This document shows, piece after piece, positions 28,240-38,513 of a stretch of DNA of 64,000 nucleotides; within the stretch, counting starts at the first letter, position 1; each line of letters opens with the position of its first letter. Source of the stretch: Deltaproteobacteria bacterium (GTDB lineage: Bacteria; Desulfobacterota; Desulfobacteria; Desulfobacterales; JAFDMD01). The notes under the pieces are model-generated. The model worked only from the letters and a program-made list of their open reading frames with translations. It searched no databases and was not told the DNA's origin. The stretch spans positions 843 to 64,842 of the forward strand of contig JAFDMF010000005.1 in assembly GCA_019306065.1 (NCBI GenBank), read 5' to 3'. A program made the translations under genes and the position numbers.

Positions 28240-28908
28240 TTATTTTGCAAGCATAGCCCTTATCATATCTCCGGCATTTTCGGCATGATCTGCTATTGAG
28301 CCTATAATTTCAGCAAGTCGGACAACATGGAATGATGAGGTTGAATCTATATCCATGTTAAAAAGTTCTCTTTTCAAATTATCCTCTTCTTTATCTGCAT
28401 TGCTCTCTTTTGCACGAATATCTCTTATTATATTCTTTACAATATCTCTTTGTCCGTCCGAAAAGTTTTTAAAATATTTTTTTGTTTCCAAAACCATTAT
28501 CGGCAGTTTTTCTATAGTTTCGATTACGGCTTCCACTAATATAACAACTTGTTTTTTAATATCTTCCGGAATATTGTTTGTGTTTCTGTAAGATATCCAT
28601 TCCAAAGATTCGTCTATTGCGTCTATTGTATTATCCTGCTCTTTTAAAAATAAAAAAAGCTGAAATTTATCTATAGGCATAATAGTCCCTTTAGGAAGAT
28701 GCTCTCTTATTCCTCTTTTAATTTTATCTGCCTCTTTTTCCAGAGTATCAATCTCTTCTTTTAAAATTTCAAACTGTTCGCATTCAAGCGAAATGTAGCA
28801 TTCTATTGCTTTTTTAAATACCAATGTGCATTCTTTAACCTTTTCGGAATGTTGTATCAGTCCTTCAAAAGGGGATGTTAAAAATACGGATAATAATGCG
28901 CTTTTCAT
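28240..28908 (-). CDS. DUF47 / PhoU-like phosphate-transport regulator (TIGR00153-type)
   Basis: 222-aa helical protein immediately downstream of a PiT transporter, which is the classical pairing. Confidence 0.75.
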   Translation of the reverse strand: MKSALLSVFLTSPFEGLIQHSEKVKECTLVFKKAIECYISLECEQFEILKEEIDTLEKEADKIKRGIREHLPKGTIMPIDKFQLFLFLKEQDNTIDAIDESLEWISYRNTNNIPEDIKKQVVILVEAVIETIEKLPIMVLETKKYFKNFSDGQRDIVKNIIRDIRAKESNADKEEDNLKRELFNMDIDSTSSFHVVRLAEIIGSIADHAENAGDMIRAMLAK

Positions 28909-28921
28909 TTTTTTTACTCCT

Positions 28922-30223
28922 TTATATAAAAATTTTTAGTATCTTAAATATCATTATGCAGGTAATGGCTGATGCTGGGACGGTTAACACCCAATATAAT
29001 ATAATCTTTAAAATCAAATAGAAATTTACGGCTCCTATTCCTCTTGCAAGCCCTACGCCCAAAACTCCGCCTACCGTAGCGTGAGTGGTAGATACGGGAA
29101 GCCCCAGTTTCGAGGCTATTAAAACCGTAGTTGCCGCTGCAAAGTCAACCGAAAACCCGCGGGAGTTATTTAATGTGGTAATTTTGGTTGACAAAGTTTC
29201 CATTACTCTTCTTCCGGCCATAGCAATCCCCGCGGCTATTCCGACGCCTCCGAATAAAAGAAGAAATACCGGAACCGGAATTGTTGAGTCTACGCTGCCG
29301 GTTTTAACAATAAAATATATAACCGCAAGAGGTCCTATAGCGTTTGCCACGTCATTTGCCCCATGAGCCAAAGATACATAACAGGATGTTCCTATCTGAA
29401 TTTTTCTAAAAACAGATTCCGGTCCGTCTTCCCCTTTTTTAACAAAGCGTTTTATAACCTTTCCCAATATAATTCCTAATAATAAAGATAAACAAAAAGC
29501 AATTAACGAAGCCTGAACTATGTTTAAATGAAGGTTTTTACCCAAAGGGGTTTTATATATAAAAGACATAACAACTATAAATATTGTAGCGCCTATAAAA
29601 AACGGAGACAGTTTAATTGCAAGACTAAATCTGTTCTTTTTGCTTAGAATCACGGCAACAATAACTTTAAATATAGTAAAGGATATTATCATTGCAAATA
29701 CCGGCGATATTATCCAGCTTGCCACAACCGCGATCAGTTTACTCCATTGAATTACCGAAAATCCGCCAGCTGCTATACCGAAGCCTATCATTGCTCCTAC
29801 AATCGAATGGGTTGTCGATACGGGCAAAGATTTTATAGTTGCAAAACTTACCCATAAGGCTGCAGCCAAAAGAGCCGATAAGGCGCCTAACATAGCCGTA
29901 TGCGGATCGCTTAAAACATCGGTAGATATAATTCCCTTTCTTATTGTATTAGTTACATGAGTTCCTAAAAATATGGCGCCTACTATATTTAATATGCCTG
30001 CTATAAAAACGGCCTGACAAAGCGTAATAGCTTTTGCGCCTACGGCGGAAGCCATAGAATTTGCCACGTCGTTTGCGCCGATATTCCAAGCCATATAAAA
30101 GCCGAATATATACCCTAATATAAGAACAATGTATTGAGTTTCCACTATCTTATTCCTTGTTTTTAAATTAAAAAGTTTGTTTGTTTGCATAAACTGCCAG
30201 ACAAACTCGCCTGCGTTATACAA
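28922..30223 (-). CDS. Inorganic phosphate transporter, PiT (PHO4) family
   Basis: Duplicated GANDVANSMA / GANDVANAIGP motifs and many TM helices. The true start may be the internal GTG at 30145, which is preceded by AAGGA. Confidence 0.9.
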   Translation of the reverse strand: MYNAGEFVWQFMQTNKLFNLKTRNKIVETQYIVLILGYIFGFYMAWNIGANDVANSMASAVGAKAITLCQAVFIAGILNIVGAIFLGTHVTNTIRKGIISTDVLSDPHTAMLGALSALLAAALWVSFATIKSLPVSTTHSIVGAMIGFGIAAGGFSVIQWSKLIAVVASWIISPVFAMIISFTIFKVIVAVILSKKNRFSLAIKLSPFFIGATIFIVVMSFIYKTPLGKNLHLNIVQASLIAFCLSLLLGIILGKVIKRFVKKGEDGPESVFRKIQIGTSCYVSLAHGANDVANAIGPLAVIYFIVKTGSVDSTIPVPVFLLLFGGVGIAAGIAMAGRRVMETLSTKITTLNNSRGFSVDFAAATTVLIASKLGLPVSTTHATVGGVLGVGLARGIGAVNFYLILKIILYWVLTVPASAITCIMIFKILKIFI

Positions 30224-30383
30224 AACTGAGTTTGAGAGTCAAGGCATTAATCGGATACGCTGACGGATAAAAATTATTCAAATAAAATATTATAAAAATA
30301 TTTGCTTTTATTTAATTTTAAATTGAGATATTAAGAGAGTTTTTTACGGAAATTTCAACAGGGGAAAGAAGAGAGAATATATA

Positions 30384-31517
30384 ATGTCAAAAATAGACCA
30401 ACTTATAAAAAAAGGGGTAAAAATAGCAGCGCCTTGCTCCATAGAAATAGGAGACGAGGTAAATATTGATGACATATCAGGCGAAGGGGTAACCTTATAT
30501 GCGGGAGTAAAAATTTTCGGAGAGTCTACCGTTATTTTAAAAAACTGCTCCATAGGCTACGAAGCTCCCGTTACCATAGATAACTGCCAGATCGGAGTTA
30601 ATGTAAAACTTGCAGGAGGCTATTTTAACAATGCGGTTTTTTTAAAAAAAGCAAGCGCTGGATCCTGCGCTCATGTAAGAGAGGCAACAATATTGGAAGA
30701 GGAAGCAAGCATAGCCCATACAGTAGGGCTTAAACATACCATACTTTTTCCTTATGTAGCCCTCGGAAGCCTTATAAATTTTTGCGACTGTCTTATGACT
30801 GGCGGCGCAAGCATAAAAAATCATAGCGAAGTTGGGAGTTCATTTATACATTTTAATTATACTCCAGCTCAGGATAAAGCTACCCCTTCGATATTCGGAG
30901 ATGTTTTTAATGGAGTGATGCTTAATAAAAATCCTATATTTCTCGGGGGGCAAGGCGGAGTTGTAGGACCCTGCCGATTGGCTTTCGGAACCGTTACTCC
31001 CGCCGGAACAATATGCAGAAAAGACGAATATGTAGAAAACAGACTCGTTATAAATGTAGGAGCCGAAAAAACGGTTTCAATACCATACAAGAAAAAAATA
31101 TTCGGAGACGTTAAAAGAATTATTACAAATAATGTTAATTATTTGGCAAATTTAACTGCTCTTTACGTCTGGTATAAAAACATCAGGGCAAACTTTATAT
31201 CTCAAGAATTTACAAAGCAAATATTATCTGGGCTGCTTCAAAAAACGGACATGGCAATATCCGAGCGAATCAAAAGATTTAAAGAATTTTTGAATAATGC
31301 AAATTTTTTTTATGATATTGCAGAATTAGAAGATATAATATCAGAAAAAAAAAAGACTGCGGCAGATATAAAATATTACGAGCCTTTTTTGAAAACAATA
31401 GAACAAAACATTACAGCTTACGGAAAAGATTATATAAAGGTAATAAAAAATTTAAACGAAGAGCAGCGTCAAGCCGGAATCTTATGGCTTAATAGAGTAA
31501 TTCGGGATATATTGTAG
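30384..31517 (+). CDS. Left-handed beta-helix (hexapeptide-repeat, GlmU C-terminal-like) protein with a helical C-terminal domain
   Basis: The N-terminal 230 aa show an imperfect hexapeptide periodicity (VTLYAGVKIFGESTVI, VTIDNCQIGVNVKL and others). Function is unknown. Confidence 0.55.
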   Translation: MSKIDQLIKKGVKIAAPCSIEIGDEVNIDDISGEGVTLYAGVKIFGESTVILKNCSIGYEAPVTIDNCQIGVNVKLAGGYFNNAVFLKKASAGSCAHVREATILEEEASIAHTVGLKHTILFPYVALGSLINFCDCLMTGGASIKNHSEVGSSFIHFNYTPAQDKATPSIFGDVFNGVMLNKNPIFLGGQGGVVGPCRLAFGTVTPAGTICRKDEYVENRLVINVGAEKTVSIPYKKKIFGDVKRIITNNVNYLANLTALYVWYKNIRANFISQEFTKQILSGLLQKTDMAISERIKRFKEFLNNANFFYDIAELEDIISEKKKTAADIKYYEPFLKTIEQNITAYGKDYIKVIKNLNEEQRQAGILWLNRVIRDIL

Positions 31518-31541
31518 AGACGCCGTATTCAGCATCTCTAC
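31514..31541. terminator. Hairpin GTAGAGACGC-N8-GCATCTCTAC sharing the outer arms of PAL28, between convergent genes
   Basis: 10-bp stem with 1 mismatch. It overlaps the TAG stop of the beta-helix gene and lies 23 nt from the stop of the convergent BI-1 gene. Confidence 0.4.
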
Positions 31542-31563
31542 TGGAACTAACTAATATGAATAA

Positions 31564-32274
31564 TTAATCTCGGCTTACGCCGAAAATTCTAAGAAACATA
31601 ATAAAAAGATTAATAAAATCCAAATATAATTTTAACGCGCCCAAAATAGCCCCTTTTCGTATAACATCCGCTTCAAGACCCGCTGGCTGGGCAAGCGCCA
31701 TCTTTTTTAGTTCCTGAGTATCGTAAGCCGTAAGTCCTACAAAAACCAACACTCCGATATAGCTTATTATCATACTCATACCGGAACTTTGTAAAAAAAT
31801 ATTTACTACGGAAGCAATTAAAATTCCGAACAAGCCCATCATTGCAAAACCGCCTAACGAGGTAAGATCGCGTTTTGTAACCATACCGTAAATACTGCAT
31901 CCCGCAAAAGTTCCCGAACATATAAAAAATACCGAAGCTATGGAAGAATGCGTATAAGCAAGAAAAATCCAAGAAATCGTTATTCCGTTTAAAACCGCGT
32001 AAAGCATAAAATAAGAGGTTGCTTTTAAAGCGGAAATTTTATCAATCTTTCTTGAAATAGATACTACCAAAAGCAGCTCGCAAATAATAATTCCGAAAAA
32101 AACAAGCATGTTGCCATATATAAGCTGCATTATAGCCTCATTATTAGACACATAATATGCTATAAGCCCCGTAAGCCCAAGTCCTATAGCCATCCAGTTA
32201 TAAACCGATTTAATAAATTCATTAATTCGGACTTTATCTTGCACCGCAGCGGCTGTAATAAAGTTATTTGTCAT
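31564..32274 (-). CDS. Bax-inhibitor-1 / YccA family membrane protein
   Basis: 7-TM protein with an N-terminal FIKSVYNWMAIGL and a C-terminal LGALKLYLDFINLF pattern. I prefer ATG 32274 (AAAGGAGA upstream). Confidence 0.85.
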   Translation of the reverse strand: MTNNFITAAAVQDKVRINEFIKSVYNWMAIGLGLTGLIAYYVSNNEAIMQLIYGNMLVFFGIIICELLLVVSISRKIDKISALKATSYFMLYAVLNGITISWIFLAYTHSSIASVFFICSGTFAGCSIYGMVTKRDLTSLGGFAMMGLFGILIASVVNIFLQSSGMSMIISYIGVLVFVGLTAYDTQELKKMALAQPAGLEADVIRKGAILGALKLYLDFINLFIMFLRIFGVSRD

Positions 32275-32497
32275 CTTATTTATCTCCTTTAAATTATTTA
32301 TATTGGCTATGAGATGTCCAAGACACAAAAAATTTCGGACATCTTTTTTCTAATAATTCCTTCTTGTATCTATAACATAATCGTAGTCTATCACATAAAT
32401 TATAGTTAAGCACAGTTTGGACAAAAGGCTTTATCAAAATTAATTAATAAATCTGCGGTCAATTATAATGATAATATATAAAATTTCAACTTAAAAA

Positions 32498-32595
32498 TTG
32501 CTTCCTGTCCTGTCGAGCAAAGCGAGAAATCTCTTTATTATTTCCTTTTAACCTGTCTCCGTTTTATAATCATCCCTTTTTGCGTCTATAATATT
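32498..32595. repeat. Family-2 repeat, single long arm
   Basis: TTGCTTCCTGTCCTGTCGAGCAAAGCGAGAAATCTCTTTATTATTTCC...CTGTCTCCGTTTTATAATCATCCCTTTTTGCGTCTATAATA. Confidence 0.75.
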
Positions 32596-32958
32596 TCCTC
32601 TGTTTTCTGTTTGATATCCAAGTTGTTTTGCTCCGCTTCTTACTTATTGCTTCGGATTTTCGGCTGCATTTTGCTAAAAATATAAAAACTCAAGCTACGC
32701 TCTTAAACAGTTCATATTTGCCTATAATTCTATTGAATCCCGTTGTCCAACAAAATACGAAGTTCTGCGAGGGTATTTATAAAGTTTTATTACTTGTAAT
32801 ATCATATATTTTTTTATAGAGATATAACATTTATTTATTTGAGTTTGCGGCGGATAAAAAATTTTATCCAACCCTTAAAACCCGATAAAATAAGGCGTTT
32901 TTATACAGAAATCAAATAAGGATAAAATTATTTTTACATTTTTTTATAAAGGAGCGCT

Positions 32959-34956
32959 ATGCAAGATATACTTTTCGAACCCATCGTAATTAACAAACTT
33001 GAAATAAAAAACAGAATTTACATGCCCGCTATGCATCTTAATATGGCGGAAAATTTTCATGTTACAGACAGATTAATCAATTTTTATAAAAAAAGAGCCG
33101 AAGGAGAAACCGGAGCTATAAGCGTAGGGTTTGCTACGGTTAATGATTTGGCCGGTTTTTATAAAAACATAGGAGCCCATAAAGACGAATTTATACCGGG
33201 GTTAAAACGTTTGGCGGACGCAATAAAAAACGGAGGCGCAAAATCGGTTGTTCAACTTAATCATTCCGGACGCTACAATTTTTCTCTTTTAATGGGCGGG
33301 AAAAAGCCTGTCGCCCCTTCCGCTATAGCGTCAAATCTTACAAAAGAGATTCCGAAAGAGCTTGCCATTGACGAAATTAAAAAAACAATAAAAGATTTCG
33401 GAGACGCCGCTTTAAGAGTGAAAAAGGCTGGTTTTGATGCTGTGGAAATTTTAAGCGGCACAGGATATTTAATAAGCGAATTTATGTCCGCTTTAACCAA
33501 TAAAAGAGAGGATGAATATGGCGGAAATTTTGAAAACAGAATCCGTTTCGGATTGGAAGTTATACAACAGATAAGAGAAAAAGTAGGAGAAAATTTTCCT
33601 ATAATCGTCAGAATGAACGGAAACGATTTTATGCCGAAAGGACAAGGAAGAGAGGAATTATTAAAATATGCTCAAAAAATATCCGTCAAAGGATATGCGG
33701 ACGCTCTTTGCATCAACGTAGGATGGCACGAAGCAAGAGTTCCTCAAATAATAGCCTCTGTTCCTGCGGGAGTATTCTCCTATTTATCCGCCGGAGTTAA
33801 AATGGCTACGGATATTCCCATAATAGCAAGCCACAGAATAAATACCCCCCAAACCGCTCGCAGACTTTTAAACGACGGCGAAGCCGATATGGTAGCAATA
33901 GGCAGGGGATTAATTGCAGATCCGTATTTTACTATTAAAGCTAAAACAGGCAGAGAAAAAGAGATAACCCATTGCATAGGCTGCTCTCAGGGATGTTTTG
34001 ATCATATATTTAAACTCGCGGCGGTAGGATGTTTATGCAATCCTTTGGCGGGATACGAAGAAACCAAACCGATAATTAAAGCGGAAAATAAAAAAAACAT
34101 ACTGATAATAGGCGGAGGAGTCGCCGGAATGACAGCCGCTCTTACTGCGCATAAAAGAGGACATAAAGTTGTTTTATACGAAAAAAATCGTTTGGGAGGG
34201 CAAATTTTTATTGCATCTGCTCCCTACGGCAGACAAGAGTTTGCAAGACTTGCCGAGGATTTAATTTTTAAAATAAATTCAAGCGATATTAAAGTTATTT
34301 TTAATAATGTGGATGAAAAAATTATCGAACAGGGTAATTTTGACGAAATAATAATAGCTACGGGCGCGGCTCCGGCAATCCCGAATATTGAGGGTATAAA
34401 CCTTAAAAACGTCGTTTCGGCATGGGATATTTTACAAAACAGAGCATACGCCGGCAAAAAAGTAGTAATAATCGGAGGCGGAGCCGTAGGAGTTGAGACG
34501 GCTTTATTTTTATCCGAAAAAGGGTGTTTAACCGGCGAAGCTTTGAAATTTTTATTTGTAAACAGAGCCGAATCTTATGATGATTTATATCAGTTGGCTA
34601 CGCGCGGAACCAAAGAGATTGCCATAGTAGAAATGATAAACAAAGTAGGAAAAGATATAGGCAAATCTACAAGATGGGCTATGATGCAAGACCTTGCTAT
34701 AAAAGGGATAAAAGTTTTTACCCAAAGAAAAGCCCTTAAAATAACAGAGAGTTATCTGCTTACCGAATATAACGGCAAACAGGAGAAACTTTTTTGCGAT
34801 ACCGTAGTTATAGCCGCTGGTTCTGTTCCTTATAATCCGTTAGAAGCCTTTATTAAAGAAAAAAGAATACATTATTATGTAATCGGAGATGCCGAAAAGG
34901 TAGGTTTGGCTTATAACGCGGTTCATAAAGGATTTGAAATAGGAAGAAAAATTTAA
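32959..34956 (+). CDS. 2,4-dienoyl-CoA reductase-like flavoenzyme (OYE-type FMN domain plus FAD/NAD(P) domain)
   Basis: 665 aa. The OYE-like N-terminus (NRIYMPAMH, QLNHSGR), an Fe-S Cys cluster (CIGCSQGCFD...CLCNP) and two GxGxxG folds (IIGGGVAGM, IIGGGAVGVE) are present. Confidence 0.9.
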   Translation: MQDILFEPIVINKLEIKNRIYMPAMHLNMAENFHVTDRLINFYKKRAEGETGAISVGFATVNDLAGFYKNIGAHKDEFIPGLKRLADAIKNGGAKSVVQLNHSGRYNFSLLMGGKKPVAPSAIASNLTKEIPKELAIDEIKKTIKDFGDAALRVKKAGFDAVEILSGTGYLISEFMSALTNKREDEYGGNFENRIRFGLEVIQQIREKVGENFPIIVRMNGNDFMPKGQGREELLKYAQKISVKGYADALCINVGWHEARVPQIIASVPAGVFSYLSAGVKMATDIPIIASHRINTPQTARRLLNDGEADMVAIGRGLIADPYFTIKAKTGREKEITHCIGCSQGCFDHIFKLAAVGCLCNPLAGYEETKPIIKAENKKNILIIGGGVAGMTAALTAHKRGHKVVLYEKNRLGGQIFIASAPYGRQEFARLAEDLIFKINSSDIKVIFNNVDEKIIEQGNFDEIIIATGAAPAIPNIEGINLKNVVSAWDILQNRAYAGKKVVIIGGGAVGVETALFLSEKGCLTGEALKFLFVNRAESYDDLYQLATRGTKEIAIVEMINKVGKDIGKSTRWAMMQDLAIKGIKVFTQRKALKITESYLLTEYNGKQEKLFCDTVVIAAGSVPYNPLEAFIKEKRIHYYVIGDAEKVGLAYNAVHKGFEIGRKI

Positions 34957-34993
34957 TCTTAAACTTCTCTTGACTGCGATTTAACAATAGAAT

Positions 34994-35018
34994 AAAAGGT
35001 ATCATAATGATACCTTTT
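34994..35018 (+). terminator. Perfect 11-bp hairpin AAAAGGTATCA-TAA-TGATACCTTTT downstream of the reductase gene
   Basis: Inverted repeat seen directly in the sequence, with a T-run at its 3' side. It also contains the displaced ATG of the mqsR-like gene. Confidence 0.5.
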
Positions 35019-35023
35019 ATTGA

Positions 35024-35335
35024 GAATATATTATAGAACAAAAGAGTTATCTTTTAACAAATACTTCGAGGCAAACTGCTCATAATATAGGATTTAGTCA
35101 AACTGAAATTATCGATACAATTAGTGGATTAGAGGCAAAAGATTTTTATAAATCAACAACGGAATTTTATAAACAAAATATTTGGCAAGATGTTTATAAA
35201 CCTACGGCAAAGGGATATTTCCTGTATGTTAAATTTAAAATTACAAAGGATAAAATACGCCTAATTATAACCTCTTTTAAAAGAGCGGAGGAAGATTTTT
35301 ATTTACATAAGGAGAAACGCTATGAATGTATATAA
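35024..35335 (+). pseudogene. mqsR: MqsR-family toxin gene lacking an in-frame start codon
   Basis: The open frame ...GLEAKDFYKSTTEFYKQNIWQDVYKP...IITSFK matches MqsR (DFYKSMT...IWQDVY). No ATG, GTG or TTG occurs after the TGA at 35021. The only ATG (35007) is in another frame. The 3' end overlaps the mqsA start. Confidence 0.65.
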
Positions 35336-35777
35336 TAAAATGTTATGCTCTGTATGCGAATCAGGACAAATTGAATCTTGCATACAGGATTTGCCGTTTG
35401 AATATAAAGGGAAAAAAACCGTTTTGCCCGATCAAATTATATTTAAATGCCCCGAGTGCGCCGAAACATTTATCTCTCCGGAAAATGAACGCAATATTGA
35501 TAAATATTTAATAGACGAACGCCGAAAAATCGATGGATTATTAACTTCGGACGAAATTAAGGCAATTAGAAAACAATACGGTATGACGCAAACGGCATTT
35601 GCAAAAATGCTTAGAGTCGCCGCAAAAACCTTTGCTCGTTATGAAAACGGGCAGGTAGCGCAAAGCTATGCAATGGATAATCTGCTTCGTATCCTGAGGA
35701 AATTTCCAGATGCTATTTCCGCCATTTCTAATATTGAAACAAAAATAAAAAACGCCGCGACCGCGTTATCCGCATAG
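35322..35777 (+). CDS. mqsA: MqsA-family antitoxin (zinc-ribbon plus HTH)
   Basis: CSVCESG...CPECAE zinc ribbon, followed by the HTH segment IRKQYGMTQTAFAKMLRVAAKTFARYENG. Confidence 0.85.
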   Translation: MNVYNKMLCSVCESGQIESCIQDLPFEYKGKKTVLPDQIIFKCPECAETFISPENERNIDKYLIDERRKIDGLLTSDEIKAIRKQYGMTQTAFAKMLRVAAKTFARYENGQVAQSYAMDNLLRILRKFPDAISAISNIETKIKNAATALSA

Positions 35778-35812
35778 AGATAAACCTGCCTGTAAGCATG
35801 CGGGTTTAAAAA

Positions 35813-35900
35813 AGGTTTCTCGCTTTGCTCGAAATGACAGGCTTCTTATTTTTGCCGGCGTTTTTGCCATATAATGTCAACGAGCGCAGCAAGGAGAAAT
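35813..35900. repeat. Family-2 inverted-repeat element (paired arms)
   Basis: GGTTTCTCGCTTTGCTCGAAATGACAGGC ... GTCAACGAGCGCAGCAAGGAGAAAT. Confidence 0.75.
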
Positions 35901-35943
35901 TATATAATTATAACCATATAAAATAGATAAATAAAACACTATT

Positions 35944-37230
35944 ATGAAATACAATAGAAAAATCTCGGTAATAGGACTCGGATATGTAGGACTGCCTGTA
36001 GCTGTAGCTTTTGGGAAACTCGGTTTAACAATAGGATATGATATAAATTCAAAAAGAATCGAAGCCTTAAAAAAAGGATTTGACGCTACCGGCGAAATAA
36101 CGCCGGAACAGCTTAAAAATTCCGACATACTATTTACCGATAACATATACAATTTAAAATCCGCCGATTTTCATATAATAGCCGTGCCTACGCCTATAGA
36201 CCAAGCAAAAAAGCCGGATCTAACCCCCCTGTTTAAAGCGTCCGAGAGCATAGGAAAAATATTAAAAAAAGGGGATATTGTAGTATATGAGTCTACCGTT
36301 TATCCCGGAGCCACCCAAGAAGACTGCGTTCCGATATTGGAAAAACATTCAAACCTTAAAAACGGCGCAGACTTTACCGTAGGCTACAGCCCCGAACGCA
36401 TAAACCCCGGAGATAAAGAGCATACATTCGATAAAATAAAAAAAATAGTATCCGGTCAAGATAGTAAAACCCTTGAAATAATAGCCAAAGTATATCAAAG
36501 CGTAGTAACTGCAGGGATATATTGCGCGCCTTCTATTAAAATAGCCGAAGCCGCAAAAATAATAGAAAACACCCAGCGGGATATAAACATAGCTTTAATG
36601 AATGAACTTGCTTTAATATTTGATAAAATAGGTATAAATACCAATCAAGTATTAGAAGCTTCAAAAACAAAGTGGAACTTTTTACCCTTTAAACCGGGGC
36701 TTGTAGGCGGACACTGCATAGGAGTAGATCCTTATTATCTAACACATAAAGCGGAAAAACTCGGCTATACTCCACAAGTAATACTTGCCGGCAGAAGATT
36801 AAACGACGACATGGGCAAATTTATAGCAAAACAGGCAATAAAAAAGATAATTGCCGCCGGGCACAACATATTAAAAAGTTCCGTTACCGTTCTTGGCGTA
36901 ACATTTAAAGAAAACTGCCCCGACATACGAAACTCCAAAGTAATAGATATAATACAAGAGTTAGAGGAATTCGGCATAAAGGTAACGCCCCATGACCCTT
37001 ATGCTGATTACGAAGAATGTAAAAAAGAATACGGCATCGGTTTATCCGATTTCAACGAATTAACTCCGGCATCCTGCGTTATTATAGCCGTAGAACACGA
37101 TCAATATAAAAAACTGCCCACAAAAACCTTATTTGCTCTTTTAAAAAAAAACGGCGTTATAATAGACGTAAAAGGAATATTTAATTCCGATAAAATCATA
37201 AAAGCCGGTTATACTTATTGGAGTTTATAA
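35944..37230 (+). CDS. Nucleotide-sugar dehydrogenase (UDP-GlcNAc/ManNAc dehydrogenase type; TviB/WbpO/Cap5O-like)
   Basis: 428 aa. N-terminal ISVIGLGYVGLPVAVAFG Rossmann fold and the catalytic Cys context GGHCIGVDPYY. Confidence 0.9.
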   Translation: MKYNRKISVIGLGYVGLPVAVAFGKLGLTIGYDINSKRIEALKKGFDATGEITPEQLKNSDILFTDNIYNLKSADFHIIAVPTPIDQAKKPDLTPLFKASESIGKILKKGDIVVYESTVYPGATQEDCVPILEKHSNLKNGADFTVGYSPERINPGDKEHTFDKIKKIVSGQDSKTLEIIAKVYQSVVTAGIYCAPSIKIAEAAKIIENTQRDINIALMNELALIFDKIGINTNQVLEASKTKWNFLPFKPGLVGGHCIGVDPYYLTHKAEKLGYTPQVILAGRRLNDDMGKFIAKQAIKKIIAAGHNILKSSVTVLGVTFKENCPDIRNSKVIDIIQELEEFGIKVTPHDPYADYEECKKEYGIGLSDFNELTPASCVIIAVEHDQYKKLPTKTLFALLKKNGVIIDVKGIFNSDKIIKAGYTYWSL

Positions 37231-37384
37231 TTAAAACTCAAAACCGTTATATAATAAAGGATAATTATAAAGTAATAAAGATACAGAGTAATATCAGACA
37301 AAAAAAATGATAAAAGTCGGCAGGATAACAAAGTGCAAATTACAAAGTTAGACGGTAAACTTTAAACAAAGAAAGTTAAACCAA

Positions 37385-38473
37385 ATGCAATTTATAGATT
37401 TAAAAACCCAATATAAACAGCTTCAAGAAAAAATAGATAAAAACATAAAAAAAGTATTAGATCACAGCCAATTTATAATGGGGGCCGAGGTAAAAATACT
37501 CGAAGAAAAACTTGCCGAATACATAGAAGTAAAACACTGCATTACAGTGTCCAGCGGAACAGACGCTTTGCTTGCCGCGCTTATGGCGCTTAACATTAAA
37601 AAAGGCGACCAAGTAATTACAACCCCGTTCAGCTTCATCGCAACTGCAGAAAGCATAATTCTAACAGGAGCGGAACCTGTTTTTACAGATATAAATCCGC
37701 TTACCTACAACATAGAGCCAAATCTGATAGAAAAAGCAATAACTTCCGAAACAAAAGCGCTAATGCCCGTATCGTTATACGGACAATGCGCGGATATGGA
37801 CGCCATCAACAACATAGCGGCAAAGTACAACATCCCCATAATAGAAGATGCCGCCCAAAGCTTCGGAGCGGAATATAAAAATAAAAAATCATGCGGATTA
37901 ACTCTTATCGGCTGCACAAGCTTCTTCCCTTCAAAACCGCTTGGATGCTACGGAGACGGAGGAGCATGCTTTACAAATGACGATACAATTGCCAAGAAAC
38001 TAAAAGAAATAAGAGATCACGGGCAAAACGGACGTTATAATCACATACGAATAGGAATAAACGGAAGATTAGACACATTACAAGCGGCAATACTTCTTGC
38101 AAAATTGGAAACATTTGATACGGAAGTAAAAGCAAGAGAACAAATCGGCGCAAGATATACCAGACTTTTAAACAATATAAAAGCAATTACCGCCCCGCAT
38201 ATCCAACCCCACAATAAAAGCGTATATGCTCAATATACAATACAGATTGATAACAGAGACAGTTTTGCGGAAAAACTCAAACAAAAAAATATTCCTACTG
38301 CGGTTCATTATCCCATCCCCCTTAACATGCAGCCCGCAATAGATCAGACAAATAAAAAATTTCCTATTGCAGAAACCGTAGCAAAACGAGTAATAAGTTT
38401 GCCAATGCATCCGTTTTTAAGCAAAAAGGAACAGGATATAATAGTAAATGCGATTATAGAGGCTATCAGTTAA
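37385..38473 (+). CDS. DegT/DnrJ/EryC1/StrS-family sugar aminotransferase
   Basis: 362 aa. The SSGTDALL motif, DAAQSFGA and the PLP-Lys region FFPSKPLGCYGDGGA are present. Confidence 0.9.
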   Translation: MQFIDLKTQYKQLQEKIDKNIKKVLDHSQFIMGAEVKILEEKLAEYIEVKHCITVSSGTDALLAALMALNIKKGDQVITTPFSFIATAESIILTGAEPVFTDINPLTYNIEPNLIEKAITSETKALMPVSLYGQCADMDAINNIAAKYNIPIIEDAAQSFGAEYKNKKSCGLTLIGCTSFFPSKPLGCYGDGGACFTNDDTIAKKLKEIRDHGQNGRYNHIRIGINGRLDTLQAAILLAKLETFDTEVKAREQIGARYTRLLNNIKAITAPHIQPHNKSVYAQYTIQIDNRDSFAEKLKQKNIPTAVHYPIPLNMQPAIDQTNKKFPIAETVAKRVISLPMHPFLSKKEQDIIVNAIIEAIS

Positions 38474-38513
38474 AAAATAGAGAAATAAAAAAGTATTATA
38501 AAAGAGGTTAAAA

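Noticed and set aside
32628-32819. A 63-aa ORF in the long BI-1 / reductase intergenic region.
   Set aside because: It has no ribosome-binding site, its sequence is hydrophobic and low-complexity, and it lies next to the family-2 repeat. It is probably non-coding spacer.
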